This document shows, piece by piece, positions 9,246-18,785 of a stretch of DNA of 32,000 nt; the first letter of the stretch is position 1, and each line of letters starts with the position of its first letter. The stretch lies in assembly GCA_003345555.1 (NCBI GenBank), contig PRDJ01000078.1, positions 1 to 32,000 on the forward strand, read 5' to 3'. The position numbers and the translations under genes were made by a program. The notes under the pieces are model-generated. The model saw nothing but the letters and a program-made list of their open reading frames with translations. It searched no databases and was not told where the DNA came from. The stretch is from Candidatus Thorarchaeota archaeon (GTDB taxonomy: Archaea > Asgardarchaeota > Thorarchaeia > Thorarchaeales > Thorarchaeaceae).

Positions 9246-10463
9246 GTGGCCCGTCTTCTCTACATGGTCGAGCATTTTCCGCCGGAGATGTCTACAGGGC
9301 GTCTTGAATTCGAACTCTCTCAGGAACTTATCAAGAGAGGGCACACAGTCACCATAGTAACGAGCTTCCCACGACCCTATTTCCTAGAGAGTCCTTATCC
9401 TAACAAGGGCCGATTCGTCTACTGGGAGCGACTCTCGGGCCTGAGGGTAGCGAGGATGGGTCCTGAGTTCTCAGAAAGGGACAATCTGTTCATGCGAGGA
9501 CTTGAGTACTTCCTTTCTTTCTTCTCGTTCTTTGTCGGTGGTCTGATTTCTGGGCCCGTCGATGTTATTCTTTGCACAACCCCGCCTATCACTCATGCGT
9601 TTGCCGCCTCTCTGTTGGGCAAGCTGACTCGCCGTCGGGTTATCACAAGAGTTGTTGATGTGCACCCTCGTGCATTGCTCGAGCTAGGATTCTTGCGACA
9701 GGGAACGATATACCAGATACTAAGGCTGATGGAGAAGCTAGTGTACAGGAATACAGCCTGTCTCACAACCATTTCGAATGGGCTTGGAAGAAACATAGTT
9801 GAGGCCGGAGCAACACCCGAAAAGGTGGTCATAGTTCCAAACTGGGGAAGCGCCGAAGGGTTCCATGTATCGGAAAGGCCGGTTTCGCTACCTCCCCGAG
9901 TAGCAGGCAAGTTCCTAGTCACCTATGCAGGGATAATGTCTTGGCCGCAAGATCTCGAGACAATAGTTGACGCGGCTGCCCGTCTACGAAATGAAAAAGG
10001 CATACATTTCTTGCTCGTGGGGGACGGGCCGCAGCATGAATTGCTCGTAGAGAAAAGCAAGAAGCTACGCCTTGAGAATCTCGACTTTGTGCCTCTTCAG
10101 CCGAAACAAGAGTACTTGCGAATCCTGCACGCTTCTCATGTATGCATCGTGTCATTGAAGAAGGAAATGGTATCTCTTTCATTCCCATCAAAGATGCTTG
10201 ATATTATGGCATGTGGCCGATCAGTCTTGGCCAATGTGCCAACAGGGGAAATCGTCGATGTAGTCAAAGACGCTAACTGTGGTCTTTCGGTTGAACCACA
10301 GAAACCAGACGATTTCGCAGAAGCGGTGCTGAAGCTATATCGTAGTCCGGACATGGCCGAAAGAATGGGGCGGAATGGTCTAGAATACATGAAGCAGCAT
10401 TTCACAGTCGAAGCGGCTGCCGATAGATACGAGAAGATTGTTGAACGACTGACCAAGCATTGA
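9246..10463 (+). CDS. GT4 family glycosyltransferase, WbuB/WcaI-like subfamily
   Basis: HFPPE N-terminal loop, TTPP, VVDVHP, VPNW, YAGIMSWPQDLE and PSK...MACG. GAGGT SD at 9235-9239 precedes the GTG start. Confidence 0.92.
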   Translation: MARLLYMVEHFPPEMSTGRLEFELSQELIKRGHTVTIVTSFPRPYFLESPYPNKGRFVYWERLSGLRVARMGPEFSERDNLFMRGLEYFLSFFSFFVGGLISGPVDVILCTTPPITHAFAASLLGKLTRRRVITRVVDVHPRALLELGFLRQGTIYQILRLMEKLVYRNTACLTTISNGLGRNIVEAGATPEKVVIVPNWGSAEGFHVSERPVSLPPRVAGKFLVTYAGIMSWPQDLETIVDAAARLRNEKGIHFLLVGDGPQHELLVEKSKKLRLENLDFVPLQPKQEYLRILHASHVCIVSLKKEMVSLSFPSKMLDIMACGRSVLANVPTGEIVDVVKDANCGLSVEPQKPDDFAEAVLKLYRSPDMAERMGRNGLEYMKQHFTVEAAADRYEKIVERLTKH

Positions 10464-10485
10464 GTTTACGGTGCAACGGCTTCTG

Positions 10486-11604
10486 CTACGTGTTGGTGCC
10501 TTCCTGTAGCGAGAGAAGTCTGGCACACACCGCATCTACATCATTCGCCGACATCGAGAGATAAAGGGGTAAGCTGAGGATTCTAGAGCAGATGTCTTCG
10601 GTTGTAGGCAGGCTCCCCGGCTTGTAGCCATACATCTTCCTGTAAATGGGCTGAAGGTGCACAGGATGATACATGATGCTTGTCTCGATCTGGTCATTCA
10701 AGAGTTGCGCTCTGATTTCATCACGATTGCCTTGGTTCAAGATGACTGTAAAGGAATAATAGGATGGCTGCGTATTTGCCAGCACTGTCGGCACGGTAAC
10801 CGAGCTGTGCCCTGTCAGGTTTCTCCTGTATCTCGCTACAAGTTCTGTTCTGATTCGGATGATTTCTTCCAGGTGTCCCATCTGAGCCTCCACCACGATT
10901 GCCTGCAGTTCGTTCATTCTGTAGTTGTACCCGATTTCGGATATCTCAGCGGGACCAAACCCGCCTCGGCCTTGATTAATGAGTATGCGAGCCTTTGCAT
11001 CCGCTTTGAGGTCAGACGCAGCCAACAGTCCTCCCTCAGGACCTGCGATTACCTTTGTAGGATAGAATGAGAAACATGAGAACTCCCCAAACGTCCCACA
11101 TTGTCTTTCCTGATAGAGAGCACCGTGTGCGTGAGCACAGTCCTCAACCAGAACAAGATTGTTCTTCTTGATGACCGGCATGATTCTTCGCATGTCGCAT
11201 GGAAGCCCGCCCAAATGAACAATCGTGACAGCCTTTGTCTTCTTGCTGACCGCTTCTGATATCGCGGCAGGGTCGATGTTCAATGTGTGAGGGTCTATCT
11301 CGGCGAAGACCGGCGTGCCGCCGCAATAGACTACCGCGTTTGCTGTCGCCGCAAAAGTGTTAGAGGGCACAATCACTTCATCTCCTTTGCCTATGCCTGC
11401 CAAAATCATCGCTAGATGCAGTGAGGCCGTGCACGAGTTTGTTGTAGCTACGTGCATGGGGCTAAGCAGTCTTGCGAAGTAGTCCTCGACCGATTGGACA
11501 TGCTTGCCGTGTGTAAGCTGGCCTGACAGGAGAGTCTCCTCCACATTTGATAGTATCTGGCTTAACCAGTCATTGTTGAAGTGTGGCTTGGCAAAGGGAA
11601 TCAT
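10486..11604 (-). CDS. DegT/DnrJ/EryC1/StrS family PLP-dependent sugar-nucleotide aminotransferase
   Basis: NSCTASLH, GDEVIVPSNTFAATANAV, EDCAHAHG, PLP-lysine motif SFYPTK and GYNYRMNELQA. GGTGA SD 8 nt before the ATG at 11604 (MIPFAKP). An alternative start is 11622. Confidence 0.95.
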   Translation of the reverse strand: MIPFAKPHFNNDWLSQILSNVEETLLSGQLTHGKHVQSVEDYFARLLSPMHVATTNSCTASLHLAMILAGIGKGDEVIVPSNTFAATANAVVYCGGTPVFAEIDPHTLNIDPAAISEAVSKKTKAVTIVHLGGLPCDMRRIMPVIKKNNLVLVEDCAHAHGALYQERQCGTFGEFSCFSFYPTKVIAGPEGGLLAASDLKADAKARILINQGRGGFGPAEISEIGYNYRMNELQAIVVEAQMGHLEEIIRIRTELVARYRRNLTGHSSVTVPTVLANTQPSYYSFTVILNQGNRDEIRAQLLNDQIETSIMYHPVHLQPIYRKMYGYKPGSLPTTEDICSRILSLPLYLSMSANDVDAVCARLLSLQEGTNT

Positions 11605-11881
11605 CCGAGGGTTCACCGGCATGAGATGCGTCTACTTCGTTGAAGCCGTTGGTGCGAAGAATGCGCATAAAAGGTTCTTGTTCGTATTCACCGAAATCGG
11701 GAGCTCTTTTTGCCTCCACGTTTGCGGTAGCTTGTTAAGGACTAGTCCCTCATCGCTATGTTGGACGCGAGGTTTCATTCCCGCCTCCATAGTCCAACGG
11801 CCAAGCCGTCTGCAGTCCTTACGGCGATGCTACCCCACACTACCGCAGACTTGGCAGACACAAGGATCATGATATGAACTC

Positions 11882-11890
11882 TGATATAAG
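11882..11890 (+). promoter_or_regulatory. Candidate TATA box (GATATAAG) for a possibly leaderless GNAT transcript
   Basis: TATAAG ends about 23 nt upstream of the ATG at 11913, the spacing expected for an archaeal leaderless mRNA. No clear SD is present. Confidence 0.4.
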
Positions 11891-11912
11891 ATGGAACTCA
11901 CGGTTTTGAGAG

Positions 11913-12860
11913 ATGGAACCAATGTCTAGTGAAGTAGTGATGGTAAAGGCAGGAGATCTGCTCCGCTCCTATCCTACCTTGCTCGAGAAAGAGCCCGGTT
12001 TTGCCAAAGTCCTTGTCGGAGCCCAAGATGGATACGCATACGTCGTAGACCACGGCGGGGAGATTCCATGCGGGGCAATTTGCATTAGAAAAGAGTGGGA
12101 TTCCAGTTTCTTTGAAAGAGAGATATTTGACCTTTATGCTTTCCTAGACAACGAAGCTGTTCAACTGCAGGAGCCTCTCCTATTGAGCATCGATTCTGCT
12201 CTACAGAGTGCTTGGAGCAAGGGTGCTCAGTGCATATTCGCACGTGTTCCTCTGGAACGCATGGGTGTCATCCGGACTACGGAGAGAGCTGGGTTTAGGA
12301 CTTACGATGTCATATGTAGACTCCAAAGAACCAATCGCCGGGTCAAACTCGGATCTTATCACAGCTCGGACTCCGTCAGGGAGGCGAGAGAGACGGATGT
12401 ATGGAGCCTAGTTTCTTTGGCAAGTTCCGCATTCGGCTTGGATCATTTTCACCAAGACCTCGAGATTAGCAAAGATGCTGCTGATGCCATGTACGGCATC
12501 TGGATTAGGAACCTATTCCATGAACAGGCGTGTCGGGTTTTTATCCATGAGATTGATCACAAGATTGGAGGTTTTGTCACTCTTCGTGAAGCGCCAGATG
12601 AACTCGATGCCAAGAGACCTAAATACCATATTGACTTGATTGCTGTTGACGAAAAGCATAGACGGTCTGGAGTGGGTCGTCGGTTATTGAGGAAAGTCAC
12701 GGATGAAGTGGGAAGAGACTCCAGAATCGACGTGGCTACTCAGGCCTCGAATCTAGGTGCAATTCGGCTTTATCTGGACGCTGGCTTCTCTATCTGCAGC
12801 TACTCGGTCACGCTGCATTTGTGGCATAGAGATCTATCAGCTTCTGGTGCTCGCTACTGA
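11913..12860 (+). CDS. GNAT family N-acetyltransferase, WecD (sugar-nucleotide N-acyltransferase)-like
   Basis: Acetyl-CoA motif A LIAVDEKHRRSGVG. VATQASNLGAIRLY..AGF matches my recollection of the WecD C-terminal signature. WDSSFF occurs in the N-terminal subdomain. Confidence 0.85.
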   Translation: MEPMSSEVVMVKAGDLLRSYPTLLEKEPGFAKVLVGAQDGYAYVVDHGGEIPCGAICIRKEWDSSFFEREIFDLYAFLDNEAVQLQEPLLLSIDSALQSAWSKGAQCIFARVPLERMGVIRTTERAGFRTYDVICRLQRTNRRVKLGSYHSSDSVREARETDVWSLVSLASSAFGLDHFHQDLEISKDAADAMYGIWIRNLFHEQACRVFIHEIDHKIGGFVTLREAPDELDAKRPKYHIDLIAVDEKHRRSGVGRRLLRKVTDEVGRDSRIDVATQASNLGAIRLYLDAGFSICSYSVTLHLWHRDLSASGARY

Positions 12861-14015
12861 TTCGTAGAGCCCCTCAAGGTCCCTGAGCATTCGATCTATC
12901 GAGAATGAGTCTGAAGCGGTCTTTCGTGCGCCCTCCGAGATTCGTTTGGCCAGCGCCGCATCCGTAAGGATGTCTCTTATTGCCTCGGCTGTCTTGTTCA
13001 CGTCTCTTGGGGGCACGAGCAAGACGTTCTTCCGATTCTGGAGCCATGGTCGCACAAAATTATCTTCTCTTACACAGGATACCACAGGAACTCCCAATGC
13101 CATCGCTTCAACTGATGCACTGTCGAAGCCAGTCCTACTGTCCAGAGAGTGTACTTCGAGAACCGATTGACGCAGCAATGATGGAACCAAACGATGCGGA
13201 ATCTCGCCAATGAACCGGACTCTACCCTTCAATCCCAGTTGGGAAGTCATCTGAATGGGGGTTGGGTCCATGACTCTCCCGACAAAAACCAACTGGATGT
13301 CCGGGAACTCCTTTGCGACCACTGCGAAGGCACTTAGGACGGTTCTTGCGCTCTTGAGCCGGGTCAGGTGAGATAGCGATACTACAATTCTGCGCATCGG
13401 AGTGTATCCGTATTTGCTGGCATCCCACTCGGGTGAGGATAACAGCTCCGGTAGATCAATTGCCAATGGGATCACTGCAATACGGTCAAGAGGAACATGG
13501 TACGTATTCTCAATATAGCGATACATTTGTCGGTCCAACGCAATGATTGCATCAGACTTTCTCCATACGTGGCCCAAGAACGCGCGGTCGAGATTACGCA
13601 TGACGGCATTGAGTAGTGGATCCGTATGCACAAACCTTGTGTGGATTGTCACCACAAGCGGCAGGTGAAGTGCTTTCGAGCATTGAGCCGCTGCTATCGA
13701 TGCATCGAGGAAGTGACCATTTGCATGAACGACTGTGGGCTGGAAGCGTGCGAGAATCTGTCGAATTAAGGGAATCGATGCAGGGTAAAGGGAATATGGC
13801 AGACCATAGCGCTGAGTCAGAGGAGTCTTAGGCAGCATGAACCCAGGAAGCTTGGCACAACCGAAATGAGCACTTTCTCCGGGATTTGCGTGTCTGAAGC
13901 TTATGACAAGGACCTCGTGGCCGCGATCTTCAAGGCCGTTTGCCACGCGCCAAGCATAGTGTGAGGATCCACTTTGGATTGGTGGAAACATACCTGACAC
14001 TAATGCAATGCGCAA
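12837..14015 (-). CDS. GT4 family glycosyltransferase
   Basis: RIALVSGMFPPIQSGSSHYA, VVHANGH, VIPLAID, LSHLTRLKS and VEAMALGVPVVS. TTG start. The 3' end overlaps the GNAT gene by 24 bp. Confidence 0.92.
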   Translation of the reverse strand: MRIALVSGMFPPIQSGSSHYAWRVANGLEDRGHEVLVISFRHANPGESAHFGCAKLPGFMLPKTPLTQRYGLPYSLYPASIPLIRQILARFQPTVVHANGHFLDASIAAAQCSKALHLPLVVTIHTRFVHTDPLLNAVMRNLDRAFLGHVWRKSDAIIALDRQMYRYIENTYHVPLDRIAVIPLAIDLPELLSSPEWDASKYGYTPMRRIVVSLSHLTRLKSARTVLSAFAVVAKEFPDIQLVFVGRVMDPTPIQMTSQLGLKGRVRFIGEIPHRLVPSLLRQSVLEVHSLDSRTGFDSASVEAMALGVPVVSCVREDNFVRPWLQNRKNVLLVPPRDVNKTAEAIRDILTDAALAKRISEGARKTASDSFSIDRMLRDLEGLYESVASTRS

Positions 14016-14066
14016 GGGAAAGCCTCGGTCACTAGTTGCGTATGTCAGAGTGAAATATGATTTGAG

Positions 14067-14073
14067 TATATAT
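14067..14073 (-). promoter_or_regulatory. Candidate TATA box (ATATATA) for the GT4 gene at 14015
   Basis: TATATA tract about 52 nt upstream of the TTG start, within the 151-bp gap. Confidence 0.4.
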
Positions 14074-14166
14074 CCCTGATTGCGCTCGTGTGATTGGTGT
14101 CTTAGAACTGAGTTCTAACACTGTCCACTGATGGTGCGCTATGACAAGAACCCGACCTAGCAAGCA

Positions 14167-16143
14167 CTAGACAACCTCGAATATGGAGCAGTTGCCCTTG
14201 TGAAATACCTCGTACAGAAATGAGTATGTTGAGAAATAAGAGTGGCAGATAACCGAGGAGACTGGTCTTGGTATGAAGGTAGTATTATCAACAATCATTC
14301 TTACTATGCGGTCAGGTGAACTGAGATATATCAGCTGAATGCCGTATTTGAGTAGAAGACCTTTCACTAAGGAAACGTTGTCAGGATGTGACCAAAAGGA
14401 CTCAAACTCGAAGGCTCGGGTTTTGCTTGCATTGTCTAGTGGTCTCAGAAAGACAAGGTTCCTTATGCCCAACGAAGGTAGCCCCCAGTCCGATGCAGTT
14501 TCGTAATTGAGTATCAGTTCTTCATATCCTGCATGGTCTCTGATATAGTATCCTCCAGCAAGATCATTCTGAAACTCGCCACTTCGAGTCCAGTATGCTG
14601 CCTTGCTCTGCTCTGACCCGGTAGCAAAGCCCCAAATCGTCGGAGTCATTGAGACCGCTACGAATGCAACCAAGGCGATTTGATAGATTGTACCAGATAA
14701 TCTAAGGTATCTTTCCCCAGATGATTTAAGGACTCTCAGCTCTACGGTCAAATCCCCCAACACCAGCCGCTTGGAATGCAGGTAGGCAGCCGCGTACACA
14801 AACGACCAGAGCTGCAAAAGCATCATCATGCGAGTGGGTAAAATGAGTCTCAGTCCAATTGCGAATAGATACGGTACCATAGAAATCAGAGTACACGAAA
14901 GCAGAATCAGAAAAGCTAGGCTCTCCGATTGGCAACTCCCTGCCTTAATCATCCTGCGACATTCAAGAACTGCAAATACGAGCATAGGAATGTAAAGGAT
15001 GCTCAGGAAGTATGTGGGCTGGAGAAGGTAGTCCCAGATAATCCCGAACCCGAGATTGACGAAGATATAGGAGAAGGGCCCTAGGGTAAGAGAGAGGGCG
15101 CCAAGGACGCCTAGCAGGATAATGAATGTGGCAGTCGCAACCTTGCGGCGCGTCACGAGCCCTGAGCGCATACCCTGAGTCCGTAGTCTCTCAAACACTA
15201 CCAACGCAAAGAGGACACCAGCCACGATTACGAACGTCGGATACGTGACGAGAATACCCAGAGATAATACTGCCCAAATCAGAAACGCACGAAAGCCGTC
15301 GGGGCTTTCCTTCTGAGAACGACCAGAAAACAACGACAACAGAGATAGTGTCATGAGTACGCCCAAGACAACAGGATAAGTACCATTCACGAAGTTCATG
15401 TAGATTGAGTTTTGAGCGTATTCCACTGGGTGAATGTAAAAGCAGAACAAATAGGCGGCTACAGAATAGGGGATTGACTTAGTCCTGCTCAGAACGAGAA
15501 CTGGCGGTACAAGCGTGATTAGGACCATTGCATATGAGGCCACTACAATCATTTCAATACCTGCAGGTACGCCAAGAATCAGACACAGTTGGGCCACCAG
15601 CACATGGTAGCCCAGAGGGTATGACACCAGAGACGAATCGTATGGAGCAAAGCTCACGGGCAGTCTTCCTTGTTCCATTATCGCCAAGATATAATACCCA
15701 TGAAACCAAGGGTCCCCAGCTTGGGACCACGACACGTAGCTAACTAGAGAAGCTAGCTGTGCGATTGACACCACCAGCAGAAGAAGAAAAACAGCATTGA
15801 TTGGGGAGGAGAATCCCTTTCTGAATCTTGCTAACATTGAACGGAGCTCTGGAGCTCCGATCTTCCTTGACACCGCAAAGTACGAGCCTAGAGCTATAAG
15901 GGGCAGGCAGGGAACCAAGAACAGCGTCAGGACGCTCACAGATATCAGAGAGACAACCCACCAGAGTGCGATGTTGCAGGATAAACCGAGGGCTAGGACC
16001 AGAATAAGCGAAGGAACATAGCCGCAAGTCCGGAACCATTCAGGTCTTAGCAGACTTGCAAGAAGCAGGCCACTTGGCAGAGAAGTGACTGCAATCAATA
16101 GGTAGCTGATGCCTACGATTGTGAGTGGTATCTCAGACATCAT
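14167..16143 (-). CDS. Multi-pass membrane protein, probable GT-C-like or glycan-polymerase-like (DUF6541/DUF2206-type architecture)
   Basis: 658 aa with about 13-15 TM segments. First large loop GDPWFHGYYILAIMEQGRLP...YPLGYH. Small C-terminal soluble domain (LLLKYGIQLIYL) with 4 sequons. AGGTGA SD at 16150-16145, so the start may be the second ATG at 16140. Confidence 0.65.
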   Translation of the reverse strand: MMSEIPLTIVGISYLLIAVTSLPSGLLLASLLRPEWFRTCGYVPSLILVLALGLSCNIALWWVVSLISVSVLTLFLVPCLPLIALGSYFAVSRKIGAPELRSMLARFRKGFSSPINAVFLLLLVVSIAQLASLVSYVSWSQAGDPWFHGYYILAIMEQGRLPVSFAPYDSSLVSYPLGYHVLVAQLCLILGVPAGIEMIVVASYAMVLITLVPPVLVLSRTKSIPYSVAAYLFCFYIHPVEYAQNSIYMNFVNGTYPVVLGVLMTLSLLSLFSGRSQKESPDGFRAFLIWAVLSLGILVTYPTFVIVAGVLFALVVFERLRTQGMRSGLVTRRKVATATFIILLGVLGALSLTLGPFSYIFVNLGFGIIWDYLLQPTYFLSILYIPMLVFAVLECRRMIKAGSCQSESLAFLILLSCTLISMVPYLFAIGLRLILPTRMMMLLQLWSFVYAAAYLHSKRLVLGDLTVELRVLKSSGERYLRLSGTIYQIALVAFVAVSMTPTIWGFATGSEQSKAAYWTRSGEFQNDLAGGYYIRDHAGYEELILNYETASDWGLPSLGIRNLVFLRPLDNASKTRAFEFESFWSHPDNVSLVKGLLLKYGIQLIYLSSPDRIVRMIVDNTTFIPRPVSSVICHSYFSTYSFLYEVFHKGNCSIFEVV

Positions 16144-16340
16144 GTCACCTACAATGATTGTGCAGTTGCAGTTCCACCGTTGATTCTAGTATTTGTGTTT
16201 CTCGGTAGCCTAGCACAAGCGCCAGTACTCCATTGTGGCTCAGTCTCCGGGTTACAGCCAGCGGCTTTGTAGTGTGAGCAAACCTGAAATACAGATTGCA
16301 GGAGCTCCGCATCTCAGATTGAGCAGAGGAAGATGCCCCC

Positions 16341-17657
16341 ATGCTGGAACCTAGGAAAGACAGAGCCCACAACTTCCTCTGGCTCTCAGTAGGACTGGGC
16401 GCATGTGTGATGCTCTCGCACGGCGTGAGCTTCATTGCAAAGGTCGTATTCAGAGCCAGTCTTGATCCTGAATCTTACGGAATCTTTGCTTTTTTCGCCA
16501 ATGCCTTCCCTGCATTTCTCCTTGTAGCACACTTATACCTTGAGTTTCCTATTGTCTCGAAGGTGTCTGAGAATCCAACAGATCGACAGATGTATGAAAG
16601 GACCAAGGCCGAACTCTCAAGTACCGCAATCATGACGTCGGGGCTTGTGGGAGTGTTCTTCTTCTTTTGGACTGGCGCCACAACGGGTTATTGGTATTTG
16701 TCTGCCTTTACAGCAATGGTCTTGATGGTGTCAGCCATATGCAATGTTCTATTGGCTTTTTCTCGCGGACAAGATCGCCTCGGACCCACAGGCATTGCTT
16801 GGCTCTTGGGCGGGGTCGCCCGGCTTGCGTTCCTCCTCTGTTTCGTTTGGGGGATACTGTTCCCGCGCACGTTGGCATCAGCCTGCGTTGCCTTCACTCT
16901 CCCATGGGTGTTCTGGTTGATTGCAGTTGTCCACTATGAGGGGCTGCCCAGACCCGCGATGCCAAGTCTGAGCTTCATCAGGCCCTACTATCGAGACGCT
17001 TTTCTTGCGTTCCTGACGGGGTTAGCACTGCAGCTTCCTCCCTTCGCTTCAATCCTCATCATCATGGAAGCATACGGTTTCGTTGAGCTGGGCGACTTTG
17101 ACATAGCCCTCATTAGCTATAGCCTGTTTTCTGTTATTGTAGCAGGCGCCGCGTACGTGGTGCTGGCAAAAGCGAGAAGAATGCCGGCCTTCACGTTGTA
17201 TGCAGGATCTCTTCTGAAGAAGCTGGGACCAGTCCTTGTCGTGTTTTCCATATTGATCATTACCACCTCCTCATACCTGGAGCCTCTCGGACTTGCAGTG
17301 CTTGCGAAGGTTGGTTTGCCCAATACTGTCTATTGGCCCGTAGTTACCCTTTTGGTGTTTGCCGTTCCTGTGAGAATACTACTCGAGCTGATAGTGCCTT
17401 ATTTTCAAGGGCATGGCGTGTTCAAACCGGTCGGAGTGATCGCGATGGCCACCGTATTAGGATCCCTGCCGATACTGTTCATTGTAATCGTCAATTGGTC
17501 GCTGGTGGGGGCAGCCATTGGCATCGGACTGGTGAATCTTGTCATGCTTCTGGCCCTTGGTTTGTTTGGTCTGAGTGATGAAAGGAGAAACGCACGGGCG
17601 ACCGGCATCAAGATCCTTCATGATGTGTCTGACGGTCAGATGGACCAACCCAGCTAG
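16341..17657 (+). CDS. Second flippase-like MOP superfamily membrane protein
   Basis: 438 aa with about 12 TM segments. RASLDPESYGIF (Wzx-type L.p..yG), FSRGQDR and ELGDFDIA repeat-half motifs. Confidence 0.8.
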   Translation: MLEPRKDRAHNFLWLSVGLGACVMLSHGVSFIAKVVFRASLDPESYGIFAFFANAFPAFLLVAHLYLEFPIVSKVSENPTDRQMYERTKAELSSTAIMTSGLVGVFFFFWTGATTGYWYLSAFTAMVLMVSAICNVLLAFSRGQDRLGPTGIAWLLGGVARLAFLLCFVWGILFPRTLASACVAFTLPWVFWLIAVVHYEGLPRPAMPSLSFIRPYYRDAFLAFLTGLALQLPPFASILIIMEAYGFVELGDFDIALISYSLFSVIVAGAAYVVLAKARRMPAFTLYAGSLLKKLGPVLVVFSILIITTSSYLEPLGLAVLAKVGLPNTVYWPVVTLLVFAVPVRILLELIVPYFQGHGVFKPVGVIAMATVLGSLPILFIVIVNWSLVGAAIGIGLVNLVMLLALGLFGLSDERRNARATGIKILHDVSDGQMDQPS

Positions 17658-17763
17658 GTGGTAATCTGCCAAGCAGGAGAAACGTCTCGAACTTTGATGG
17701 TTGCCAGGTTCCTTGGAGCCGACGCACATCACAACGAGCTCAAACTCTCGGCTTTTCCCATAT

Positions 17764-18783
17764 CTACCATAGTGCATCGTTTGGGCTAATCGAACTCTCG
17801 ATAAGAGCCCTGTTCTCCTGCAACCAAGCGTAGACTTTCTTCAATCCTTCCTTGAAGTCCATCCGCGCCTCATATCCGAGTATCTTGCGAGCCTTGTCTA
17901 TCGATGCAAGACGGCGTACAGACTTATCCCAGTCTCTTTTTGGAACGTAGACAATCCCAGCCTTGCTTCCTGCTATTTCGTTCACACTCTCCGCAAGATC
18001 CTTGACCGTGGTCTCTCGTGATGAAGCAAGGTTGATTGATTCTCCTATGGCACCATCTACAATCCCCATTCTCAGAAGTCCGTCCACAATGTCACCAACA
18101 TACGAGAAGTCTCTGGTCTCGTCCCCTGTGCCAGTTATCTGAAGCTGTTTGCCGTGCATTGCCCTCCAGAAGAAGTTGGGGATAACATTCCTATACCTGC
18201 CTGGGACTTCTCCAGGGCCGTAGACGTTGAAGAAGCGCGCGTTAACCGTTGGTAGCGCATAGGTTTCATGATAGTGATTGCAGTACAATTCCCCCAATAG
18301 CTTGTGCACCTGATACGGTGTGTCCAAGGTGAGACTCACAGTGTCCTCTTTGAATGGGATTTTCGCGTGGCTGCCATATACGGAACACCCAGAGCCGGCA
18401 AACACAACTCTCTTCGGTTTGGACGATCGGCAATACTCAAGGACCTTGAGAGTACCAAGGCCATTAACAAGCAGATCCGTCTCCGGATGATCGATGCTGT
18501 TCTGATTTGCAAAGTGAGCAGCCAAATGGAACACGTAGTCGGGGTAGTCATAAAAGACCCGCTTGAGTCCCTCCTCATCTAGGATGGTCCCTTTTACGAT
18601 TTCAAGAGATCCGTGCTTAGGAAGATTCCACCAGTAGGAGGCCGAGAAGTCATCGAAGACAACCACCTTTCGTGGTTTCCCCGCTAAGAGAGTCTTCACA
18701 AGGTTACTTCCAATGCAGCCTGCGCCACCTGTTATGAGTATTTTCTTGTCAGTATAACTCTGAAGCACTTGCTGAGAATCCAT
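17764..18783 (-). CDS. NAD-dependent epimerase (extended SDR), WbmF-like
   Basis: GGAGCIG, HLAAHFANQNSIDHP, AGSGCSVYG, PYQVHK (YxxxK), RFFNVYGPGE, RNVIP, TRDF and PKRDWD. Start trimmed to the ATG at 18783, which is coupled to the upstream stop. Confidence 0.92.
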   Translation of the reverse strand: MDSQQVLQSYTDKKILITGGAGCIGSNLVKTLLAGKPRKVVVFDDFSASYWWNLPKHGSLEIVKGTILDEEGLKRVFYDYPDYVFHLAAHFANQNSIDHPETDLLVNGLGTLKVLEYCRSSKPKRVVFAGSGCSVYGSHAKIPFKEDTVSLTLDTPYQVHKLLGELYCNHYHETYALPTVNARFFNVYGPGEVPGRYRNVIPNFFWRAMHGKQLQITGTGDETRDFSYVGDIVDGLLRMGIVDGAIGESINLASSRETTVKDLAESVNEIAGSKAGIVYVPKRDWDKSVRRLASIDKARKILGYEARMDFKEGLKKVYAWLQENRALIESSISPNDALW

Positions 18784-18785
18784 AA

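Noticed and set aside
11760-11855. Two modest stems (7 bp; 11 bp with a 3-nt bulge) in the DegT/GNAT spacer
   Set aside because: They are short and imperfect, and plausible by chance in GC-rich sequence without a folding statistic.
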